Part shown: positions 52,061-64,000 of the stretch, one piece after another | Position numbering within the stretch: the first letter of the stretch is position 1 | Layout of the letters: the number at the start of each line of letters is the position of its first letter | NCBI GenBank assembly: GCA_043228905.1 | Contig: JBHGNT010000025.1 | Location: forward strand, 62,001-126,000 | From: Azolla caroliniana | Lineage: Eukaryota; Plantae; Polypodiophyta | Direction: 5' to 3' | DNA: 64,000 nt | The notes under the pieces: generated by a model | Told to the model about the DNA's origin: nothing | The model's input: the letters and a program-made list of their open reading frames with translations, nothing else | The model's database searches: none | Translations under genes and position numbers: made by a program

Positions 52061-53849
52061 CATGTGAATCGCAGCTAACAACGCTAGCTATGACATGGTA
52101 TTAAGAAATCAAGATTTTGAAACTCAGGTCGAGAGATATTACGAAATTACCTACTTTGAGGAGGGAGTTGAGACGACCTAGTAGGTAAATTAAAATGTTC
52201 ATACCTGGCTCGTGTGATATCGGATTTTTGTGTTCAAACATGCGAATCAAAGCTAACAATGCTAGCTATGATATGGAACTAAAAAATCAAGATTTTGAAA
52301 CTCAGGTCGAGAGATATGAAGAAATTAGCAATCTTGAGGAGGGAGTTGAGAGGAGCCCTTGAGTACATTAAAATGTTCATACCTGGCGCGTGTGATATCG
52401 GATTTTTGTGTTCAAACATGCGAATCGAAGCTAACAATGCTAGCTATTATATGGAACTAAAAAATCAAGATTTTGAAACTCTGGTCGAGAGATATGAAGA
52501 AATTAGCAATCTTGAGGAGGGAGTTGAGAGGAGCCCTTGAGTACTTTAAAATGTTCATACCTGGCGCGTGTGATATCGTATTTTTGTGTTCAAACATGCG
52601 AATCGAAGCTAACAACACTAGCTATTCTATGGAACTAAAAAATCAAGATTTTGAAACTCAGGTCGAGAGATATGAAGAAATTAGCAATCTTGAGGAGGGA
52701 GTTGAGAGGAGCCCTTGAGTAAATTAAAATGTTCATACCTGGCTCGTGTGATATCGGATTTTTGTGTTCAAACATGCGAATCGAAGCTCACAACGCTAGC
52801 TATGATATGGTATTAAAAAATCATGATTTTGAAATTGAGGTCGACAGACATGAAGAAATTAGCAATCTTGAGGAGGGAGTTGAGAGGAGCCCTTGAGTAC
52901 ATTAAAATGTTCATACCTGGCACGTGTGATATCGGATTTTTGTGTTCAAACATGCGAATCGAAGCTAACAATGCTAGCTATTATATGGAACTAAAAAATC
53001 AAGATTTTGAAACTCAGGTCGAGAGATATGAAGAAATTAGCAATCTTGAGGAGGGAGTTGAGAGGAGCACTTGAGTATATTAAAATGTTTATACCTGGCT
53101 CGTGTGATATCGGATTTTTGTGTTCAAACATGCGAATCGAAGCTAATCACGCTAGCTATGACATGTTATTAAAAAATCAAGATTTTGAAACTCAGGTCGA
53201 GAGATATGAAGAAATTAGCAATCTTGAGGAGGGAGTTGAGAGGAGCCCTTGAGTACATTAAAATGTTCATACCTGGCGCGTGTGATATCGGATTTTTGTG
53301 TTCAAACATGCGAATCGAAGCTATCAACACTAGCTATTCTATGGAACTAAAAAATCAAGATTTTGAAACTCAGGTCGAGAGATATGAAGAAATTAGCAAT
53401 CTTGAGGAGGGAGTTGAGAGGAGCCCTTGAGTAAATTAAAATGTTCATACCTGGCTCGTGTGATATCGGATTTTTGTGTTCAAACATGCGAATCGAAGCT
53501 CACAACGCTAGCTATGATATGGTATTAAAAAATCATGATTTTGAAATTGAGGTCGAGAGACATGAAGAAATTAGCAATCTTGAGGAGGGAGTTGAGAGGA
53601 GCCCTTGAGTACATTAAAATGTTCATACCTGGCGCGTGTGATATCGGATTTTTGTGTTCAAACATGCGAATCGAAGCTAACAACGCTAGCTATGACATGG
53701 TATTAAAAAATCAAGATTTTGAAACTCAGGTCGAGAGATATGAAGAAATTAGCAATCTTGAGGAGGGAGTTGAGAGGAGCCCTTGAGTACATTAAAATGT
53801 TCATACCTGGCGCGTGTGATATCGGATTTTTGTGTTCAAACATGCGAAT

Positions 53850-56800
53850 CGAAGCTCACAACGCTAGCTATGATATGGTATTAAAAAATCATGATTTTGA
53901 AATTGAGGTCGAGAGACATGAAGAAATTAGCAATCTTGAGGAGGGAGTTGAGAGGAGCCCTTGAGTACATTAAAATGTTCATACCTGGCGCGTGTGATAT
54001 CGGATTTTTGTGTTCAAACATGCGAATCGAAGCTAACAACGCTAGCTATGACATGGTATTAAAAAATCAAGCTTTTGAAACTCAGGTCGAGAGACATGAC
54101 GAAATTACCTAATTTGAGGACTGAGTTGAGACGACCTAGTAGGTAAATTAAAATGTTCATACCTGGCGCGTGTGATATCGGATTTTTGTGTTCAAACATG
54201 CGCATCAAGCTAACAACGCTAGCTATTATATGGAACTAAAAAATCAAGATTTTGAAACTCAGGTCGAGAGATATGAAGAAATTAGCAATCTTGAGGAGGG
54301 AGTTGAGAGGAGCCCTTGAGTACATTAAAATGTTCATACCTGGCGCGTGTGATATCGTATTTTTGTGTTCAAACATGCGAATCGAAGCTAACAATGCTAG
54401 CTATTATATGGAAATAAAAAATCAAGATTTTGAAACTCAGGTCGAGAGATATGAAGAAATTAGCAATCTTGAGGAGGGAGTTGAGAGGAGCCCTTGAGTA
54501 CATTAAAATGTTCATACCTGGCGCGTGTGATATCGTATTTTTGTGTTCAAACATGCGAATCGAAGCTAACAACACTAGCTATTCTATGGAACTAAAAAAT
54601 CAAGATTTTGAAACTCAGGTCGAGAGATATGAAGAAATTAGCAATCTTGAGGAGGGAGTTGAGAGGAGCCCTTGAGTAAATTAAAATGTTCATACCTGGC
54701 TCGTGTGATATCGGATTTTTGTGTTCAAACATGCGAATCGAAGCTCACAACGCTAGCTATGATATGGAACTAAAAAATCAAGATTTTGAAACTCAGGTCG
54801 AGAGATATGAAGAAATTAGCAATCTTGAGGAGGGAGTTGAGAGGAGCCCTTGAGTACATTAAAATGTTCATACCTGGCGCGTGTGATATCGGATTTTTGT
54901 GTTCAAACATGCGAATCGAAGCTATCAACACTAGCTATTCTATGGAACTAAAAAATCAAGATTTTGAAACTCAGGTCGAGAGATATGAAGAAATTAGCAA
55001 TCTTGAGGAGGGAGTTGAGAGGAGCCCTTGAGTAAATTAAAATGTTCATACCTGGCTCGTGTGATATCGGATTTTTGTGTTCAAACATGCGAATCGAAGC
55101 TCACAACGCTAGCTATGATATGGTATTAAAAAATCATGATTTTGAAATTGAGGTCGAGAGACATGAAGAAATTAGCAATCTTGAGGAGGGAGTTGAGAGG
55201 AGCCCTTGAGTACATTAAAATGTTCATACCTGGCGCGTGTGATATCGGATTTTTGTGTTCAAACATGCGAATCGAAGCTAACAACGCTAGCTATGACATG
55301 GTATTAAAAAATCAAGATTTTGAAACTCAGGTCGAGAGATATGAAGAAATTAGCAATCTTGAGGAGGGAGTTGAGAGGAGCCCTTGAGTGCATTAAAATG
55401 TTCATACCTGGCGCGTGTGATATCGGATTTTTGTGTTCAAACATGCGAATCGAAGCTCACAACGCTAGCTATGATATGGTATTAAAAAATCATGATTTTG
55501 AAATTGAGGTCGAGAGACATGAAGAAATTAGCAATCTTGAGGAGGGAGTTGAGAGGAGCCCTTGAGTACATTAAAATGTTCATACCTGGCATGTGTGATA
55601 TCGGATTTTTGTGTTCAAACATGCGAATCGAAGCTAACAATGCTAGCTATTATATGGAACTAAAAAATCAAGATTTTGAAACTCAGGTCGAGAGATATGA
55701 AGAAATTAGCAATCTTGAGGAGGGAGTTGAGAGGAGCCCTTGAGTGCATTAAAATGTTCATACCTGGCGCGTGTGATATCGGATTTTTGTGTTCAAACAT
55801 GCGAATCGAAGCTAACAATGCTAGCTATTATATGGAACTAAAAAATCAAGATTTTGAAACTCAGGTCGAGAGATATGAAGAAATTAGCAATCTTGAGGAG
55901 GGAGTTGAGAGGAGCACTTGAGTATATTAAAATGTTTATACCTGGCTCGTGTGATATCGGATTTTTGTGTTCAAACATGCGAATCGAAGCTAATCACGCT
56001 AGCTATGACATGTTATTAAAAAATCAAGATTTTGAAACTCAGGTAGAGAGACATGACGAAATTACCTAATTTGAGGAGTGAGTTGAGAGGAGCCCTTGGG
56101 TACATTACAATGTTCATACCTGGCTCGTGTGATATCGGATTTTTGTGTTCAAACATGCGAATCGAAGCTCACAACGCTAGCTATGATATGGTATTAAAAA
56201 ATCATGATTTTGAAATTGAGGTCGAGAGACATGAAGAAATTAGCAATCTTGAGGAGGGAGTTGAGAGGAGCCCTTGAGTACATTAAAATGTTCATACCTG
56301 GCGCGTGTGATATCGGATTTTTGTGTTCAAACATGCGAATCGAAGCTAACAACGCTAGCTATGACATGGTATTAAAAAATCAAGCTTTTGAAACTCAGGT
56401 CGAGAGACATGACGAAATTACCTAATTTGAGGACTGAGTTGAGACGACCTAGTAGGTAAATTAAAATGTTCATACCTGGCGCGTGTGATATCGGATTTTT
56501 GTGTTCAAACATGCGCATCAAGCTAACAACGCTAGCTATTATATGGAACTAAAAAATCAAGATTTTGAAACTCAGGTCGAGAGATATGAAGAAATTAGCA
56601 ATCTTGAGGAGGGAGTTGAGAGGAGCCCTTGAGTACATTAAAATGTTCATACCTGGCGCGTGTGATATCGTATTTTTGTGTTCAAACATGCGAATCGAAG
56701 CTAACAATGCTAGCTATTATATGGAACTAAAAAATCAAGATTTTGAAACTCAGGTCGAGAGATATGAAGAAATTAGCAATCTTGAGGAGGGAGTTGAGAG

Positions 56801-58300
56801 GAGCCCTTGAGTACATTAAAATGTTCATACCTGGCGCGTGTGATATCGTATTTTTGTGTTCAAACATGCGAATCGAAGCTAACAACACTAGCTATTCTAT
56901 GGAACTAAAAAATCAAGATTTTGAAACTCAGGTCGAGAGATATGAAGAAATTAGCAATCTTGAGGAGGGAGTTGAGAGGAGCCCTTGAGTAAATTAAAAT
57001 GTTCATACCTGGCTCGTGTGATATCGGATTTTTGTGTTCAAACATGCGAATCGAAGCTCACAACGCTAGCTATGATATGGTATTAAAAAATCATGATTTT
57101 GAAATTGAGGTCGAGAGACATGAAGAAATTAGCAATCTTGAGGAGGGAGTTGAGAGGAGCCCTTGAGTACATTAAAATGTTCATACCTGGCATGTGTGAT
57201 ATCGGATTTTTGTGTTCAAACATGCGAATCGAAGCTAACAATGCTAGCTATTATATGGAACTAAAAAATCAAGATTTTGAAACTCAGGTCGAGAGATATG
57301 AAGAAATTAGCAATCTTGAGGAGGGAGTTGAGAGGAGCCCTTGAGTGCATTAAAATGTTCATACCTGGCGCGTGTGATATCGGATTTTTGTGTTCAAACA
57401 TGCGAATCGAAGCTAACAATGCTAGCTATTATATGGAACTAAAAAATCAAGATTTTGAAACTCAGGTCGAGAGATATGAAGAAATTAGCAATCTTGAGGA
57501 GGGAGTTGAGAGGAGCACTTGAGTATATTAAAATGTTTATACCTGGCTCGTGTGATATCGGATTTTTGTGTTCAAACATGCGAATCGAAGCTAATCACGC
57601 TAGCTATGACATGTTATTAAAAAATCAAGATTTTGAAACTCAGGTAGAGAGACATGACGAAATTACCTAATTTGAGGAGTGAGTTGAGAGGAGCCCTTGG
57701 GTACATTACAATGTTCATACCTGGCTCTTGTGATATCGTATTTTTGTGTTCAAACATGCGAATCGAAGCTCACAACGCTAGCTATGATATGGTATTAAAA
57801 AATCATGATTTTGAAATTGAGGTCGAGAGACATGAAGAAATTAGCAATCTTGAGGAGGGAGTTGAGAGGAGCCCTTGAGTACATTAAAATGTTCATACCT
57901 GGCGCGTGTGATATCGGATTTTTGTGTTCAAACATGCGAATCGAAGCTAACAACGCTAGCTATGACATGGTATTAAAAAATCAAGCTTTTGAAACTCAGG
58001 TCGAGAGACATGACGAAATTACCTAATTTGAGGACTGAGTTGAGACGACCTAGTAGGTAAATTAAAATGTTCATACCTGGCGCGTGTGATATCGGATTTT
58101 TGTGTTCAAACATGCGCATCAAGCTAACAACGCTAGCTATTATATGGAACTAAAAAATCAAGATTTTGAAACTCAGGTCGAGAGATATGAAGAAATTAGC
58201 AATCTTGAGGAGGGAGTTGAGAGGAGCCCTTGAGTACATTAAAATGTTCATACCTGGCGCGTGTGATATCGTATTTTTGTGTTCAAACATGCGAATCGAA
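53850..58300 (+). repeat. Overlapping 13-mer (2313 bp) and 9-mer (1601 bp) duplications
   Basis: AAGCTT variant at 54069, 56382 and 57983, each followed by GCGCATCAAG; GGCATGTG marker at about 55588/57189. Confidence 0.88.
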
Positions 58301-59759
58301 GCTAACAACACTAGCTATTCTATGGAACTAAAAAATCAAGATTTTGAAACTCAGGTCGAGAGATATGAAGAAATTAGCAATCTTGAGGAGGGAGTTGAGA
58401 GGAGCCCTTGAGTAAATTAAAATGTTCATACCTGGCTCGTGTGATATCGGATTTTTGTGTTCAAACATGCGAATCGAAGCTCACAACGCTAGCTATGATA
58501 TGGTATTAAAAAATCATGATTTTGAAATTGAGGTCGAGAGACATGAAGAAATTAGCAATCTTGAGGAGGGAGTTGAGAGGAGCCCTTGAGTACATTAAAA
58601 TGTTCATACCTGGCACGTGTGATATCGGATTTTTGTGTTCAAACATGCGAATCGAAGCTAACAATGCTAGCTATTATATGGAACTAAAAAATCAAGATTT
58701 TGAAACTCAGGTCGAGAGATATGAAGAAATTAGCAATCTTGAGGAGGGAGTTGAGAGGAGCACTTGAGTATATTAAAATGTTTATACCTGGCTCGTGTGA
58801 TATCGGATTTTTGTGTTCAAACATGCGAATCGAAGCTAATCACGCTAGCTATGACATGTTATTAAAAAATCAAGATTTTGAAACTCAGGTAGAGAGACAT
58901 GACGAAATTACCTAATTTGAGGACTGAGTTGAGACGACCTAGTAGGTAAATTAAAATGTTCATACCTGGCTCGTGTGATATCGGATTTTTGTGTTCAAAC
59001 ATGCGAATCAAGCTCACAACGCTAGCTATGATATGGAACTAAAAAATCAAGATTTTGAAACTCAGGTCGAGAGATATGAAGAAATTAGCAATCTTGAGGA
59101 GGGAGTTGAGAGGAGCCCTTGAGTACATTAAAATGTTCATACCTGGCGCGTGTGATATCGGATTTTTGTGTTCAAACATGCGAATCGAAGCTAACAATGC
59201 TAGCTATTATATGGAACTAAAAAATCAAGATTTTGAAACTCAGGTCGAGAGATATGAAGAAATTAGCAATCTTGAGGAGGGAGTTGAGAGGAGCCCTTGA
59301 GTGCATTAAAATGCTCATACCTGGCGCGTGTGATATCGGATTTTTGTGTTCAAACATGCGAATCGAAGCTAACAACACTAGCTATTCTATGGAACTAAAA
59401 AATCAAGATTTTGAAACTCAGGTCGAGAGATATGAAGAAATTAGCAATCTTGAGGAGGGAGTTGAGAGGAGCCCTTGAGTAAATTAAAATGTTCATACCT
59501 GGCTCGTGTGATATCGGATTTTTGTGTTCAAACATGCGAATCGAAGCTCACAACGCTAGCTATGATATGGTATTAAAAAATCATGATTTTGAAATTGAGG
59601 TCGAGAGACATGAAGAAATTAGCAATCTTGAGGAGGGAGTTGAGAGGAGCCCTTGAGTACATTAAAATGTTCATACCTGGCGCGTGTGATATCGGATTTT
59701 TGTGTTCAAACATGCGAATCGAAGCTAACAACGCTAGCTATGACATGGTATGAAAAAAT

Positions 59760-62700
59760 CAAGATTTTGAAACTCAGGTCGAGAGATATGAAGAAATTAC
59801 CTACTTTGAGGAGGGAGTTGAGAGGAGCCCTTGAGTAAATTAAAATGTTCATACCTGGCTCGTGTGATATCGGATTTTTGTGTTCAACCATGCGAATCGA
59901 AGCTCACAACGCTAGCTATGATATGGTATTAAAAAATCATGATTTTGAAATTGAGGTCGAGAGACATGAAGAAATTAGCAATCTTGAGGAGGGAGTTGAG
60001 AGGAGCCCTTGAGTACATTAAAATGTTCATACCTGGCGCGTGTGATATCGGATTTTTGTGTTCAAACATGCGAATCGAAGCTAACAACGCTAGCTATGAC
60101 ATGGTATTAAAAAATCAAGATTTTGAAACTCAGGTCGAGAGATATGAAGAAATTAGCAATCTTGAGGAGGGAGTTGAGAGGAGCACTTGAGTATATTAAA
60201 ATGTTTATACCTGGCTCGTGTGATATCGGATTTTTGTGTTCAAACATGCGAATCGAAGCTAATCACGCTAGCTATGACATGTTATTAAAAAATCAAGATT
60301 TTGAAACTCAGGTAGAGAGACATGACGAAATTACCTAATTTGAGGAGTGAGTTGAGAGGAGCCCTTGGGTACATTACAATGTTCATACCTGGCTCGTGTG
60401 ATATCGGATTTTTGTGTTCAAACATGCGAATCGAAGCTCACAACGCTAGCTATGATATGGTATTAAAAAATCATGATTTTGAAATTGAGGTCGAGAGACA
60501 TGAAGAAATTAGCAATCTTGAGGAGGGAGTTGAGAGGAGCCCTTGAGTACATTAAAATGTTCATACCTGGCGCGTGTGATATCGAATTTTTGTGTTCAAA
60601 CATGCGAATCGAAGCTAACAACGCTAGCTATGACATGGTATTAAAAAATCAAGATTTTGAAACTCAGGTCGAGAGATATGAAGAAATTACCTACTTTGAG
60701 GAGGGAGTTGAGAGGAGCCCTTGAGTAAATTAAAATGTTCATACCTGGCTCGTGTGATATCGGATTTTTGTGTTCAACCATGCGAATCGAAGCTCACAAC
60801 GCTAGCTATGATATGGTATTAAAAAATCATGATTTTGAAATTGAGGTCGAGAGACATGAAGAAATTAGCAATCTTGAGGAGGGAGTTGAGAGGAGCCCTT
60901 GAGTACATTAAAATGTTCATACCTGGCGCGTGTGATATCGGATTTTTGTGTTCAAACATGCGAATCGAAGCTAACAACGCTAGCTATGACATGGTATTAA
61001 AAAATCAAGATTTTGAAACTCAGGTCGAGAGATATGAAGAAATTAGCAATCTTGAGGAGGGAGTTGAGAGGAGCACTTGAGTATATTAAAATGTTTATAC
61101 CTGGCTCGTGTGATATCGGATTTTTGTGTTCAAACATGCGAATCGAAGCTAATCACGCTAGCTATGACATGTTATTAAAAAATCAAGATTTTGAAACTCA
61201 GGTAGAGAGACATGACGAAATTACCTAATTTGAGGAGTGAGTTGAGAGGAGCCCTTGGGTACATTACAATGTTCATACCTGGCTCGTGTGATATCGGATT
61301 TTTGTGTTCAAACATGCGAATCGAAGCTCACAACGCTAGCTATGATATGGTATTAAAAAATCATGATTTTGAAATTGAGGTCGAGAGACATGAAGAAATT
61401 AGCAATCTTGAGGAGGGAGTTGAGAGGAGCCCTTGAGTACATTAAAATGTTCATACCTGGCGCGTGTGATATCGGATTTTTGTGTTCAAACATGCGAATC
61501 GAAGCTATCAACACTAGCTATTCTATGGAACTAAAAAATCAAGATTTTGAAACTCAGGTCGAGAGATATGAAGAAATTAGCAATCTTGAGGAGGGAGTTG
61601 AGAGGAGCCCTTGAGTAAATTAAAATGTTCATACCTGGCTCGTGTGATATCGGATTTTTGTGTTCAAACATGCGAATCAAGCTAACAACGCTAGCTATTA
61701 TATGGAACTAAAAAATCAAGTTTTTGAAACTCAGGTCGAGAGATATGAAGAAATTAGCAATCTTGAGGAGGGAGTTGAGAGGAGCCCTTGAGTACATTAA
61801 AATGTTCATACCTGGCGCGTGTGATATCGGATTTTTGTGTTCAAACATGCGAATCGAAGCTAACAATGCTAGCTATTATATGGAACTAAAAAATCAAGAT
61901 TTTGAAACTCAGGTCGAGAGATATGAAGAAATTAGCAATCTTGAGGAGGGAGTTGAGAGGAGCCCTTGAGTGCATTAAAATGCTCATACCTGGCGCGTGT
62001 GATATCGGATTTTTGTGTTCAAACATGCGAATCGAAGCTAACAACGCTAGCTATGACATGGTATTAAAAAATCAAGATTTTGAAACTCAGGTCGAGAGAT
62101 ATGAAGAAATTAGCAATCTTGAGGAGGGAGTTGAGAGGAGCACTTGAGTATATTAAAATGTTTATACCTGGCTCGTGTGATATCGGATTTTTGTGTTCAA
62201 ACATGCGAATCGAAGCTAATCACGCTAGCTATGACATGTTATTAAAAAATCAAGATTTTGAAACTCAGGTAGAGAGACATGACGAAATTACCTAATTTGA
62301 GGAGTGAGTTGAGAGGAGCCCTTGGGTACATTACAATGTTCATACCTGGCTCGTGTGATATCGGATTTTTGTGTTCAAACATGCGAATCGAAGCTCACAA
62401 CGCTAGCTATGATATGGTATTAAAAAATCATGATTTTGAAATTGAGGTCGAGAGACATGAAGAAATTAGCAATCTTGAGGAGGGAGTTGAGAGGAGCCCT
62501 TGAGTACATTAAAATGTTCATACCTGGCGCGTGTGATATCGAATTTTTGTGTTCAAACATGCGAATCGAAGCTAACAACGCTAGCTATGACATGGTATTA
62601 AAAAATCAAGATTTTGAAACTCAGGTCGAGAGATATGAAGAAATTACCTACTTTGAGGAGGGAGTTGAGAGGAGCCCTTGAGTAAATTAAAATGTTCATA

Positions 62701-64000
62701 CCTGGCTCGTGTGATATCGGATTTTTGTGTTCAACCATGCGAATCGAAGCTCACAACGCTAGCTATGATATGGTATTAAAAAATCATGATTTTGAAATTG
62801 AGGTCGAGAGACATGAAGAAATTAGCAATCTTGAGGAGGGAGTTGAGAGGAGCCCTTGAGTACATTAAAATGTTCATACCTGGCGCGTGTGATATCGGAT
62901 TTTTGTGTTCAAACATGCGAATCGAAGCTAACAACGCTAGCTATGACATGGTATTAAAAAATCAAGATTTTGAAACTCAGGTCGAGAGATATGAAGAAAT
63001 TAGCAATCTTGAGGAGGGAGTTGAGAGGAGCACTTGAGTATATTAAAATGTTTATACCTGGCTCGTGTGATATCGGATTTTTGTGTTCAAACATGCGAAT
63101 CGAAGCTAATCACGCTAGCTATGACATGTTATTAAAAAATCAAGATTTTGAAACTCAGGTAGAGAGACATGACGAAATTACCTAATTTGAGGAGTGAGTT
63201 GAGAGGAGCCCTTGGGTACATTACAATGTTCATACCTGGCTCGTGTGATATCGGATTTTTGTGTTCAAACATGCGAATCGAAGCTCACAACGCTAGCTAT
63301 GATATGGTATTAAAAAATCATGATTTTGAAATTGAGGTCGAGAGACATGAAGAAATTAGCAATCTTGAGGAGGGAGTTGAGAGGAGCCCTTGAGTACATT
63401 AAAATGTTCATACCTGGCGCGTGTGATATCGGATTTTTGTGTTCAAACATGCGAATCGAAGCTATCAACACTAGCTATTCTATGGAACTAAAAAATCAAG
63501 ATTTTGAAACTCAGGTCGAGAGATATGAAGAAATTAGCAATCTTGAGGAGGGAGTTGAGAGGAGCCCTTGAGTAAATTAAAATGTTCATACCTGGCTCGT
63601 GTGATATCGGATTTTTGTGTTCAAACATGCGAATCAAGCTAACAACGCTAGCTATTATATGGAACTAAAAAATCAAGTTTTTGAAACTCAGGTCGAGAGA
63701 TATGAAGAAATTAGCAATCTTGAGGAGGGAGTTGAGAGGAGCCCTTGAGTACATTAAAATGTTCATACCTGGCGCGTGTGATATCGGATTTTTGTGTTCA
63801 AACATGCGAATCGAAGCTAACAATGCTAGCTATTATATGGAACTAAAAAATCAAGATTTTGAAACTCAGGTCGAGAGATATGAAGAAATTAGCAATCTTG
63901 AGGAGGGAGTTGAGAGGAGCCCTTGAGTGCATTAAAATGCTCATACCTGGCGCGTGTGATATCGGATTTTTGTGTTCAAACATGCGAATCGAAGCTAACA
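59760..64000 (+). repeat. 11-mer tandem duplication (1957 bp x2, runs off the window) with a nested 5-mer (890 bp)
   Basis: Markers at +1957: ATCGAATTTT 60581/62538, CAAGTTTTTG about 61717/63674, TTCAACCA 60773/62730. Markers at +890: TTCAACCA 59883/60773 and ORFs 60123/61013. Confidence 0.93.

Larger units (their letters stand above)
1..64000. repeat. Tandem satellite DNA array, 178-bp monomer, about 359.6 copies, probably centromeric or pericentromeric
   Basis: The consensus CTTGAGGAGGGAGTTGAGAGGAGCCCTTGAGTACATTAAAATGTTCATACCTGGCGCGTGTGATATCGGATTTTTGTGTTCAAACATGCGAATCGAAGCTAACAACGCTAGCTATTATATGGAACTAAAAAATCAAGATTTTGAAACTCAGGTCGAGAGATATGAAGAAATTAGCAAT recurs at 1, 179, 357 and so on. The last start is at 63897 = 1+359x178-6, which matches 14 one-base deletions and two 4-base insertions. 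The array is directly seen; the centromeric role is inference. Confidence 0.99.

Noticed and set aside
2-63926. Hundreds of 61-119 aa ORFs (MKLRSRDMKKLAILRRELRGALEY...)
   Set aside because: These are repeat artefacts. 178 is not a multiple of 3, so each ORF overlaps the next and reads the same DNA in two frames. Most starts are TTG, common alleles introduce stops (GAGTAA), the variants are largely non-synonymous, and there is no recognisable domain.
1-64000. CRISPR array or integron-like cassette array
   Set aside because: There are no unique spacers or cassettes; the variable segments are allelic versions of the same sequence, and there are no cas or integrase genes.
1-64000. Embedded transposon, inversion, telomeric repeat or unique island
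   Set aside because: Monomer phase is accounted for end to end (net -6 bp), leaving no room for foreign sequence, and no strand switch was seen.

Overview
The whole window is one uninterrupted head-to-tail array of a 178-bp satellite monomer (about 39% GC, counted by hand on the consensus). It holds 359 complete copies plus 104 bp, all in one orientation, and continues past both edges. I found no genes, RNA genes, transposons, CRISPR spacers or unique sequence; the ORF track is a by-product of the repeat. The length, homogeneity and local higher-order duplications are typical of a eukaryotic centromeric or pericentromeric satellite, but I do not recognise the family or species. The informative structure lies in the variants. 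(i) There is a patchwork of short-range higher-order repeats with offsets of 2, 5, 6, 7, 8, 9, 10, 11, 12, 13, 15, 20 and 33 monomers. (ii) Monomer length is almost perfectly conserved, with only two indel alleles. (iii) A strongly divergent patch of about 40 bp occurs in full and chimeric forms. (iv) Variants turn over directionally along the array. (v) Each monomer contains a nested imperfect palindrome. I see no evidence of a new protein-coding system. All comparisons were made by eye, so block boundaries are approximate.
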